A model generated the notes under the pieces. The model did no database searches. It was not told the origin of the DNA and was given only the letters and a program-made list of their open reading frames with translations. DNA of 62,926 nucleotides, counting the filler, from Platydemus manokwari (taxonomy: Eukaryota), in NCBI GenBank assembly GCA_037951405.1. It is 6 parts of 6 records of this genome, joined end to end, with 100 filler letters (N's around TTAATTAATTAA, not from the genome) between each part and the next. Parts side by side here need not be neighbours in the genome. Positions count along the whole stretch, not along the records: positions 10,519 to 22,404 come from JBBMOY010414444.1; positions 22,505 to 34,515 come from JBBMOY010350002.1; 4 more parts are not named here. One strand, written 5' to 3'. Positions 12,447 to 24,323 of this stretch are shown piece after piece (the stretch's first letter is position 1; the number at the start of each line of letters is the position of its first letter). The position numbers and the translations under genes are program-made.

Positions 12447-15400
12447 TTATTTGACTAAATCAATAAATTCGTTTTTGGCTTCATTTAAATCGTTGCTTAG
12501 TTACAGTTGTTACCATGTTTATATTGCTTTGTGTCATTGAATTCTCCACGGTTGTCAATGGTAACGGGTCTATAGAAATACTGAATGTTATAATGTCAAT
12601 ATTGATTATCACTCGATTCCATTCGATCACGAATACAAATCTATTTGATTATCGATGGGGTGAAGGTTAATTTAGAGAATTTATGTTTCATGTTTTGTTT
12701 ATATATTATGATTATTTATATTATTTGATTATATATAATTATATGTCAATCAGGTGAGATGAGTACCGACAGCAGTATTCAAATCCATACAAGCCGACTT
12801 CCATTAAGTCCAACCGTTTAAAGTATTTTTTCACAGAAATATGGATCTGGGACGATTTCTTTGAAATCCCCTTCAAGCTATAAGAAATCTTTGACATTTA
12901 GTCCAGTTGGGATGAGGATTCCTGACCATTAGAAATAAGGCATTTATTGGAAAAGTGATTTCCATCGATGAAGTGGTGACATTTTGTGAGGTGAGATGAA
13001 AATTAAAAATAGCATCGACTTGAATTGTCTTTATTTTTAGGAAGTTCGTGATTTCGATATTGGGATAATAATATATAAAATAATATATAAAATCTATACT
13101 ATATAAAATAATAAATAATATGTGAATGAAGGCTATAAAACACAATATGTCAATTTATGTTGTAATTATAAAATGATAATAATTTTGGAGATTATTAGCA
13201 AGTGTTGTGAATCTCATGAAAAGGTATGTCGTGTGACCCAGTTTATTGTTAAATAAAAATGAAATGGATTCGATGTGAAAATATACCATCTATGAAGCTT
13301 AGAAAACCACGAATCAGTCATTGTTTTATCAAAAAAACTTCGAACCGAGTCTTATAGTGTCCCATTTTCTGGACATTTTCATTTTATGTATTAATTATTA
13401 TTGATTATATTTAGACATCCATGGAATGAAGCACAGTCAGCGGGTGTTGAAGCATTTTTCGGTGTTGAATACAATTGGAAGTGGTTAACCACAGTTGGCA
13501 TTGATTTCTGACACCGAATATCATGATGTGGTGAAGAGTTAATGATGCAATATATTCTGTGAACACACATCCATCTTCCAGACATTACCACACAAAATAT
13601 TTTATTTTACCTGTAACTATCTTATCAGAATTAATCAAAAATGGAATCAACTGAATGTATCCTATTTCATGGATTTACTGGAGAACTGGGATCCAAAAAA
13701 TTGGAACGATTTCGATCTAACATTAAAATGTTTTTATATTTTATTGGATCTAAACTTGATACATAAGAGTTCTTGGATGACTTTTGAAGATTTAAGTTGA
13801 AACAGATTATTTATTTGACTAAATTCATTTAACTGTGTCATCAAATTGAACTCTGAGTTGTTTAATTAAATTTACAGAAAAAAATAAACAGGATCAGAGG
13901 TCGTATATTGTAAACCATCGACATTCCAATCGACTTGATTTTCAGCTATTCGTTATTTTAATGGAGTTTTACTTGTGTCTAATTACATATTGATTTAATT
14001 TATTGTTGAATTAGTTTATCGTTCTCCCAAAAATAATCTGATTTCTCAAATTTTTAGGTCGTGTGTAAAATCACTGAGAAATAGACTAAAGCTTTAATAA
14101 TGCAAATTAATCACTGATATATATATATAAATTTAAGTGGTTGGGTGTCGGGTTGATGGTTCCGACTCTAGTCCAAATAAAAGTATCGAGATAAGCTTTT
14201 TAAGGTTTCGATAATTAAACTGTGTATGTTTAAATCTTTTGTTCAGTACTTTATCAACCTCTTTAAGTGGGGTGATCTCGTCGGAGTGATTGTAAAGGCA
14301 TGACTAATTTATACCACATTCAATTTTAGGTTGAATTTTTAAACAATTATTTCTTGTTAAAATCAAATTTTTTCTCTGTTTCATACAGTCAATTCGCCAT
14401 AATTATGCTTTGCGTGGGTGTAGTATGCACAGTATCGCAACATTTTGTTTTACTAGAATTTTTTCCTTTTCTAAATGTAAATCTATTCGTGCTCCATAAA
14501 ATGATATCATATATCACCTTGTACAATTCAATGTATTTGTTTAGATTTCCTATAGTTTACTGACTGGTTGATTAAACCTACGATCACCTTTTCATTTATC
14601 ATTATTCTCTTATAATAAAGGAGACCGGTTCTTTTTGTATTTTGGTTTTATATCGGGGTACCTCTCAAATATGATTAATAGCTCTAAAATAGCAAATCCT
14701 ATAACCCAACCAATTATCTTTGATTGTTTCAATGCATATTTGATATTTTTATATTTATTTGTATATGAAATAATTTTGGAATATGTTAATAATCGATATT
14801 TATTCATTTTTCCAAAATGTTACGATTTATTTTTAAGATTTTACGATTTGGATTAAACAATCCGAATTTTTAGTTAGAATATTTCGCATTTATTAGCATA
14901 AATATCATAATAATCTACTGAGTATTATCAGTAGATAATTTGTATTAATTTATAATTTGTAACACGTGTAACAATATTTTTTAAAATGTCAAAACTACAA
15001 ATCGTACCAAATACCGACCATTTTATACATAAAAACAAATATATTTATGTTGATGCCTTCTAGGTGTCAAAATTACGATGTTTCTTTAAGACTTTCAGCG
15101 ATGTATTGAAGTTATTGTGATCTCAAATCTTTTTATGTCAAACATGGTAATTAGAATGAATGAAGATGATATTTGTGATTTATCACTTCATCCATGAACT
15201 TTATTCGATATCATCTTTGGTCGAACTTTGGAAATTTTGACCAAAATAATTACATTTTAAAATTTCATTGGTATTCTATTCTGTACTATCAATAATAAAG
15301 AATTTTAATGTTCTGGGGATGAAGTGATTTAATAAAATCAAAAATTATGAAGTTACATTCTCTCATATTATGTCATGCAACGAAAAAGGTTTTGACAACG

Positions 15401-16573
15401 GTATCGAGAATTTATCAATTAATTTTGGTTTTTAACTTAATTTAATTGTCGAGTCTGTTAAGATTAATGAAGAACAAATGCTGACGAAGTTAGGTGAAAT
15501 AGAGTGGGTCAGCATCAGTACTTCGGAAGTCAAATTGTTTCGAGTTTTTGACTAATATTAATCATTAAAAATATGGCTTATTTAAAGTAGTAACAGTTCC
15601 ACCAACGCATCCTTTTACCACAAATACTTATCATAATTAATTGTAACATAAAATTAGTGGATTTCATGTTTAATAATGGCTTTAACATTTAATATTTTAT
15701 AATTATTTAGGAATTCTACTACCTGTTTAAATACAATTTTTATATTGTTTATCTACTTACTAATTTTCAATAGCATGTTTGTCTGTCAAAATTATGTTCA
15801 TATTGAATACAATTTTAAGATTTAACATTGAAATATATTCCAAATATCAATCGCCCATTATTTATGCATGAGACAAGAAATTTTTGCCAAAGCTTACAAG
15901 TAAACACTGAGAGAAAATTAATTGTAAATAGCTTGATTGTCATGGGTTGAATCGTTTAAATATTTATGGCAACCAGTGATACAAAATGTCTCCTGTGCTT
16001 AAAATAGATATATGACGTTTATTCTCAAATTACGAACGCACACACAAGCATAAATGCATATTCCAGATAGATATCGAATTTCTTTTAGTAATTATCGATG
16101 TGTTACTCTAAAAAAAAGTTTTCGAATCGATGATTTATCATTGAATTTCTGTTTGTCATCACGATTTCAATTTTAATCTTACTGCTTTATAAACTTTTTA
16201 TTATTTTCAATATTTATAATAATGGCTATCATTTCACTATTTTTATTCGACTATATTTCTTTCAATTAATTGATCTTGAACGACAAAGTTTTTATTAATA
16301 GTTATTTAATTAAATGATTAAAAATAGGTTTAAAAATCATTTGTTTAAATATCTCGATATGAATATCAATTACATTTTTGAATTCGTATTTCATGTAGCA
16401 GCTTACTAATTCGGTAATTCAAGAAAAATATCAGACTAAAAGGAAAACGAATACTGCTGTTTACATCGAATCAATCAAATAGCTTTTAAAATGTTGCTGC
16501 TGTTTCTACGAATGTGAATCCTTTGAAAACGTATTTGGTGTACCATGTGATGAAGGTGTTCTATATTGGTGCC

Positions 16574-16992
16574 TCTTCTGTATCTCATAACCACTTCATG
16601 GTGTCATTTGTATTACTTCCATCGAATTTTTGATATTGAAATTGGGGTTTTCCTGTTCTTGTTTCAACAAGCCCTCCTAGTAATGTCACTATTTTGAATG
16701 ACGCTGTCGCATGTTATGTCATAAGCATTTTCATTCATAATATTTGTTTTATCCATTTCGCAAGTTCCAACAAATTATCTACTTTACATGATGGTGGTAA
16801 TTCTTTTTCACTAATAAGACCGATATTATTGATTAAAAGTTACTCTACTGTATCTTGTATCCACTTTATGGTGTCATTATTATTTCCATCGAATTTTTTG
16901 ATATTGAAATTGGGGTTTTCCTGTTCTCGTTTCGGTAAGCTCTCCTTGTAATGTAATTTTGTCGCATGTTACGTCATTGACATTTCCAATCA
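16574..16992 (-). mobile_element. Two tandem fragments of a gypsy 5' end (LTR end + PBS + gag start)
   Basis: Direct repeat at 16574-16738 and 16844-16992. On the minus strand each copy has TAACA-TGCGAC (LTR end/PBS) followed by gag-like sequence (NFNIKKFDG..KWIQDTVE in the 16844-16992 copy). This resembles NFNIRKVDG..KWICDTEE at 8158-8230. Confidence 0.7.
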
Positions 16993-19384
16993 AAAAAGCT
17001 TTTCATTGAAATTAGTGTGTGAAATTCCTTAGCATGTAACTTAATGATTTCATGAATTATGGGATTAGCAATGGATATTTCAGCATTTATCATTTATATA
17101 ATTTTAAATATTTTCCACTTAAAATCATTGTTTTCAAATCCACAGAAGATCTGTATGATCTCATAAACAAAATCAATAAAAATAAGAGATCAAAAACACA
17201 AATTCGGTCACCATTAAGGGAAAATCGAGCAAATTACTTGAGAGACTCGGTAAGAGTGAATTGTAATTGGATTGCAAATTGTTTTTATCAATAATTATTT
17301 ATTCAAAACTGTGCTTTCAATATTCAAAAATTTTTTCAAAAAATTGAAACACGATGACCCTCATTTTGAGTGCCAGAACTAGCTATTAAAATATCGAACT
17401 GTCGAACTTTAATTAATTGACGGAAAGTAGAGAAAAGAAAATTAACGCACGTTAACAGCTTAGTAAACCCATTGACTTGATATAAACATTCGATTTGATA
17501 TAAACATTCCATTAAAGTTGTTTATGTCATATGGTGTATTGAAATATTTGAGAAATTTATGACCATAGCCAGTCAAGACATTTTGTCCTTTTATATTGTG
17601 ACCTAAATTTAATTGTAAATCTCATAGTAAATCTCAACCAATAAATGATAAAAAGACTCTAAAGTGATAGAGGATTGTTATCGATTTGGGTACCAAATAG
17701 CACCTGTAATTCAACAGAGATAAAAAACTCATTTATTAGAATCCATTTTGTACAACTAAATTATAACCTAACTAAATTATACACGTGATTGACATTGTGA
17801 CTGTCCTTGCGATTGTCCTTTACCTTATACAAAATACTCGCATTATAAAGTAGTGATTTTTGACGATTTATTGTAAATTTTATCTCTCTAAGCGAGCAAA
17901 CAAAACAAATGGCAAATCCTGTGCTAACCTTTAAAATTCAAATTCTGATATTTTCAGAATATGATACTTTCAGTAATATACTTATAAAATATGTTCCTGT
18001 CACATCAGGATATACGGTTTTATTTATGGATTGAATCATACGTTAATTCAATTCACATTTTTACGTTTTATCTCACAAGATAAAGATTATAAGTTTAATT
18101 ATTGAATATAACCAGGAATCAGGAAGAATATTAGTGTTTGTGTTATGTCGGTTTGCATTAATCGTTGGCTTCAAAAGCTCCTCAATAATATAGTAAATCA
18201 TTTATAAATTCTTGTTTTCCCTTTTAATGGAAAAATAATATCGCCATTATCTCCAAAATTTTTATCGCAATTGAGCCGCAAACAAAACAAAAAATAAGAT
18301 CGAGAGCCAACTTAAAAATGTGAAACTAAAATATTGTCGAGATTTTAAATGATATTTTAATATCTAGGTGCATTTGATGAGTTCGTCGAATTCTTTAAGT
18401 TAGTGCGAATGGATCCTTCCAATTCTAGCTTAATTTAATCTAATCAAAGATTTGAAAACAACTTTAAATAATTGCCTAATAAATACGAAAATAATCGCCA
18501 CCTACATCGTTGTGTAGAGCTTCAATATTTTACTGTAACAAGAAATAATTATCAAGAAACATAAAATCGTTTCTCTTTGTCGTCCAGCACAGCATCAATA
18601 TGATTCGTAGGCAATTCAATTGACGATTATCTAATAATCATCATATTACACAATCGACTCTTTACCGATACAAATAAATATTGCCATCCTTTCAGAATAA
18701 AAAACCAGAACAAACACAGAACAGAGTAATTATCTATTTGTTGATTCTCTCTCTACCAAATAATCTTTGTTTCATAGCAACAAGATTTTAATGCTATTAC
18801 TAGTTGTCAAGGCAACCGTCTGTAATTAAAACAATGATAATTAAAATTTACTATATATGAAAAAAAAACTCTAAACAGGTTCATCACTAAAATGCTATCA
18901 TGTCTCTAACAGATGAAACAATGAATTTGTCGTGTTTATCATTTTGTTTTACTGATGTTGCTCTCTGTTAATAGGAACTGAACTACTAAATTTTGTAATG
19001 GATGTTGTAAAATTGTAGTCATTGTGTGAGCGATTGTTTTTCATTTCATTTTATTTTCAAAAAATCTATTTTTATCGTTTCAGTTTAGAAATTGTGAACG
19101 TGGCCATCTATTTTTGTATTTTTCGTCATTGTATACTGTTCGCCATGGTGAATAACAATGCGAAATCGAGACGAATATGATGAATATTTCCTATTTATAA
19201 ACGTGACGATTTGATGGTTTAATTTCGATACTATGTGGTTGACTTAGGACGTTGGACTGTTTGTTGATTGATAGGGTGATTTACCATCCGAGACAAAGAA
19301 AATAAAACGAAACCAACAGGAAAACATTCGTACAACTCGCTCACTGGTGCATTGTAATATAAATTTGCCTAATATAATTTCTTG

Positions 19385-20880
19385 AAGCATTCAAATACAA
19401 AATCGAGATTAAAAATTATATATTTTATAATTGAGTGGTTTGAGATGTCGCGATTGTTTGTTGATCAGATTGTGGGGTCGATTATCAATTAAATTCCGAT
19501 GAAGTAAATCAACTCAGTCAATTTAGTTCAATCTTATGTTCATTACTTTTCTTTCCCATAGGTTAAATCTTTATATTTTAATTAGTAAATTGTCTTTGTG
19601 AAGTTTATTTAAAAAAACGATAAATCATTAAAATGTACATAAGGTAAAAAAATATTAAAAAAAAATTGAGTCAAAAGATATTTATTAAAATTATATTAGA
19701 AATAAATATGAAAGTTTCTTGTTAAACAGTACTGTTAAACTATCAGTAGTAAAATTATTAAAATAATTTTGTAATTTTTATTAAATAAAGATATAATATA
19801 AAAGTGTGGGGATTTTTATATTCTGATAAAAAATGACGACAATTTGAAAAAAATAAATAATTTGTTTGGAATGTGACGTAATCAACAAAATATTTTATTC
19901 TATTGAAAATCATGACTTCTGGCTTAAATAACGAGAATGGAGAAATTTAGGCCATTCATCAAGACTAGTAAAATGTTTCCTGATAGAATTTTTAATGGGC
20001 GTTGTCGTAGATTTGTTAAAAAATATTAATTGAAGATCCTCTCTAACCGGTAAGTTCAGCTGAAATCCAAACCGAAATAATTGCAAAATATATTCAAATC
20101 AATGAACACGATTTTTCTCCACACTTGTAAATTGAAAATTCGATATCGATCGTTTCAATAAATCTTTAAATTTAATCAGCATTTTACCAATTTGGCTTGC
20201 ATCAAACGATTATTGGAATAATGAGCTTGAATTCTGCCATCAAGCGAAGGAATTTTTAATGAAATTGTTTCGAACAACTTATTGAGGCAAATTGGTTTCG
20301 TTTGCCAGATCTCACTTAAAACAGAGAAATATTTTATTTTGTTTTAATCTATCGATAAATATGGAATCCAAATATCTCTATCACATTTATTTATGACATC
20401 ATTATGAATAAAAATAATAAAAATAAAATCAACTTCTTTCTCTTGCTCATTCTTTGTTCGGGTCCAGTGCGTTTGTCTTTTAAAATTTAGCTGCAATAAT
20501 TTGAAATATAAAACGATCAAAATTTCGATTTGACCCAATGAAGACGACTACCTACGCAGATTTTGAGTTGTTTCTACTCAAAGTCTCATCACCACGCTTT
20601 TTAAAGGGTATTTTTATGGATTGACACATTTTTGTGACTCAGATCTGTTTTGAAGACAATATGTTGATTATTTTGTAATACCATTTCAATTTGTTTTCAA
20701 TGTCTTGAGTTCAGGAAGAATTTAAATACAAAATCGAGATTAGAGATTTAATGTTTGAATTTAGTAGTTAGAGATGCCGTGCTTGTTCGTTGATCATATA
20801 GTGGAGTCGATTATCAATTAAATTCCGATGAAGTAAATCAACTTAGTCAATTTCTTTTCTTTTCCTCGTCTAAATCTTTT
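19385..20880 (+). repeat. Diverged direct repeat pair (~150-180 bp): 19385-19575 and 20715-20880
   Basis: Both copies share AAATACAAAATCGAGATTA and GTCGATTATCAATTAAATTCCGATGAAGTAAATCAACTyAGTCAATT. Confidence 0.85.
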
Positions 20881-22404
20881 GAATACGTCTAAATTTATAT
20901 AAAGGCTTGACTGCTCACTTTCATAGAAAGAAAATTTCTTGTTGCTATGGTTTTCAATATTTCTCGAAATAATTTGCTGAGAATAACCTTTTTTTGTTAT
21001 CTAAATAATCACAGCACATAATGAAATCCAATTTATTAAAAACTTGTCAACAAGACCTTGTTTTCTAATTATTTTATACTAATCTTCTTTTATCTCACCA
21101 AGATCATAATTTCATGAATAATTTTATCAAATGCACTCAACACATTAATTTTTCTGATTGGAAAAAATTTATAACCATTCACCAACAGTTCTCAGTAATC
21201 CTATGAGATAGAATTCGATGTCGCATTCAGTGCCTCGCTCATGAGCAGTTTAGGAATGACGTTGTATTGGAGACCAGTGATTGCCGAGGAATCATCGTAC
21301 TTGTTGAATTATTTCAATCAAATAACTCTGACAAATGATTATTTCCAGTTCGAGACCAATAAATTAGGGGTGATGCTACCCACATTAAAGATAAGTGCTA
21401 AGAAAGTACATTTATGATCCAAAATTTGGATTGCTTTTACACTCGAACTGCCCGATGGAGACCCTATCGGTAAACCTGGGGATTCTACCTGCTGGAGGCT
21501 ATTGTAAGCTTCTAGTTAGATCACGGGTACATATTGTGGGGGTTTTAAAAATAAATATATTTGAAAGATTTTAAAATCAGATTTTCCTCAAATATTATTT
21601 TTCTCAAATAATTGTGAAATATGTCATTTTGTGCCTTCACTTTTGAGTTAGTTTATCAATTAGTAGTTCGATTGAATGGCGAACACACACTTGAATTCGA
21701 TTCTGTGTAGGTCTATGAGATAAAAATATGAAAGAGAGAAGGATGAAAACACAGAGAAAATACAAAGAAGTTACATAGACGATGTAGATAAGATAAATTG
21801 ATGCTATATAGATTACATAGAGAAGATATAAATAAAATAAGGAAGACATAAAGTAGAGAGAAGAAATAGAAAAGGAAAAATTGTTATTCATGACCAATAA
21901 ATTAACAATTATCTGAATCTAGATATATAGTTACAATATCACTGAAATTACCAACATATTTCTGTGGTGGCGTGATAACTAAAGCAAATTTAAATACAAT
22001 TTTTGATTAAATTCTTGATTTGAGAGCCGATAATGCAGTTGATAATGTGCACAGAATTATATTACAAAACAACTATAAAATAAAATACAATCATAAAAAT
22101 ATAATCCTTCAACTCAACCCGGACTGTATTGTCTGAATTTAATCAAAAATAATAGCTTTGAATCTATTTATAGTTGTGTTGCACTTTATTTCATATCTAT
22201 TTACATCAGAATCTGTTGTTTTGTGTGTGATTCTATTTTGAATCGTCAGTTGATCTATCTATTGGAAATGTCGGTATCATTGCTATTGTAGGGGTTATGA
22301 AGGATTTCTAATTTGAGGATTAATAATTGTGCCCTTGATTATGAAAGTGGTATAAGTCATATATTTCTTGTTTGAAGATATTAAGGGATTTGCATGTTAA
22401 AGAA

Positions 22405-22504
22405 NNNNNNNNNNNNNNNNNNNNNNNNNNNNNNNNNNNNNNNNNNNNTTAATTAATTAANNNNNNNNNNNNNNNNNNNNNNNNNNNNNNNNNNNNNNNN
22501 NNNN
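22405..22504. other. Artificial contig linker
   Basis: 44N-TTAATTAATTAA-44N. Confidence 0.97.
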
Positions 22505-23269
22505 ATTATAACTTTAATCCGATTTTTAAATAGCAGTTTAAATATCTTCTTTGCAATGAAATATTTTTATAAATTTCTAAATCTTATTCAATATAAAAAT
22601 AATAAAATGTATTCATAATGCAGATGGAGTGTGCCAATCTTATTCATCAGCAGAAAAAGGAAATTTGAAAAGCGAAGTTCAATCAACTAGAATTATAAAT
22701 ATAAATTAAAACAATTTCGATTAATTTTTCGAAATTTCTTAATCGCAATAGAATTATTGGATATAATTATTTTAATTCCAATTAAATATGTATTTTTGAA
22801 AATTTGAGATAAACATGACAATAAAATATTTTAAGATTTGTTTTTCTGTGTTATAGTTTTCATTCAAAAATCATTATTCCAAGGTCATTAAATTGATTTT
22901 TTTGTAAATCTCCAGTCGTCAATGGGCTGATATGAGCACCTATTTATAAAATAAATCAAGATTGGAAGATTGTGGTACAAAATGATATTTGAAATTTAAA
23001 TAATCTTTGAATCCAACATATCAGAATGACAGACACTTGAATCTTCAGATTATTTTTTCTTGAATATCCGCGAAGCATTTGAAAATATATTCGACTCATA
23101 TTGATTTACTAAGGAAAGGAAAATGAATATATTTTAACGATATCTAATGGAAATCTTTTCTTCAGATTTGTTCATGCGTCAAAACCAACGATAATAGCAA
23201 CGTTTATACATGAAATCTAAATTTAGTTATTTTAAAAAAAATTTTAAATAATATTTTAAAATAAAACCT

Positions 23270-24078
23270 TTATTTTTATTATTAGCAATTTGATTTTTCT
23301 TTTGCAACATTATGTCCAAGAATATAAAAATAATGAATAATGTTGTAAAATACGTCGGATAATATCGATTGTCATGAAATATTATCTATATTAGACATTG
23401 AATTACTTTTCTACATTAATGAATGCCATTTAATACCATTTCTGCTTTAATAAAGTACATAACGACGTCAACAAAATAAGCATGTCTGTTAGTGACACAA
23501 TACCATTTATTCAAGACGTAAATAAAAATTCATCTTATATTGGTGGAGATTTTTCAATAAAGATTTTTCAAAGCTCAAATATTTTTCCCATATAAAATTC
23601 ACTATAATAGGAGTTTCAGTTCTAATAATGGTAAATTTAAGACATTCTTTTCTGATTAAGGTAGTTTACCCCATGGAAAATATCTTATTAAATTATTTGG
23701 TGTGAACCATTTCATCATTGTATTCTTTCCATTGACTTTAAACATCAGCCAAGCCTTCGACAAATTATTTTTATCCCTAATGGTTATATCAATATAATTT
23801 GGATCCAGGTTATTCCAATTATCAAGAAGAATATTTCTGAAATTCTCCGCATAATTTATCTTATCATGTGTCATATAGTCATAATTCTTTGTCGTAAATA
23901 GATTATGATATTTTAAAACACTTTTAGAGACAATTAGATATAATGTAATATTATTGATAATTCTATGATAGCTCTTCTCAGAGGCTATCAATTTAATTTT
24001 TGTACTTTTAATATCTTTGCATAATTGGAATTTACTAAAATGCAAATTGAAGATATTTAAAATTCGTTGCAAGATCAA
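23270..24078 (-). pseudogene. Possible decayed gene for an uncharacterised protein
   Basis: A 140-aa open frame at 23656-24078 has a protein-like core (LLDNWNNLDPNYIDITIRD..AWLMFKVNG..KWFTPNNLIRYFPWGKLP). Coding-like sequence continues beyond it with stops. Confidence 0.3.
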
Positions 24079-24268
24079 AAATATTATTGATAAAATAAAA
24101 TTAATTTTATATGATCGGATTTATGATCTTACATAGAGCCTTCATTTTATTCATATATTAGAAATATAAAACAGCATAAATTTTACGTTCTTATTTTTAT
24201 GTTTAAAGATATATTTCGGTTAAAGTTATCTTTTCATCGAGCTTCTGAATACACCCGGAAAAACAGTA

Positions 24269-24285
24269 TAATAATAATAATAATA

Positions 24286-24321
<36 letters not shown>
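24269..24321. repeat. (AAT)n/(ATT)n inverted microsatellite
   Basis: A run of AAT units is followed directly by a run of ATT units. Confidence 0.9.

Positions 24322-24323
<2 letters not shown>

Noticed and set aside
14354-14856. Overlapping hydrophobic ORFs
   Set aside because: The F/I/L/Y/K-rich composition is expected from AT-rich non-coding DNA, and there are no motifs or splice support.
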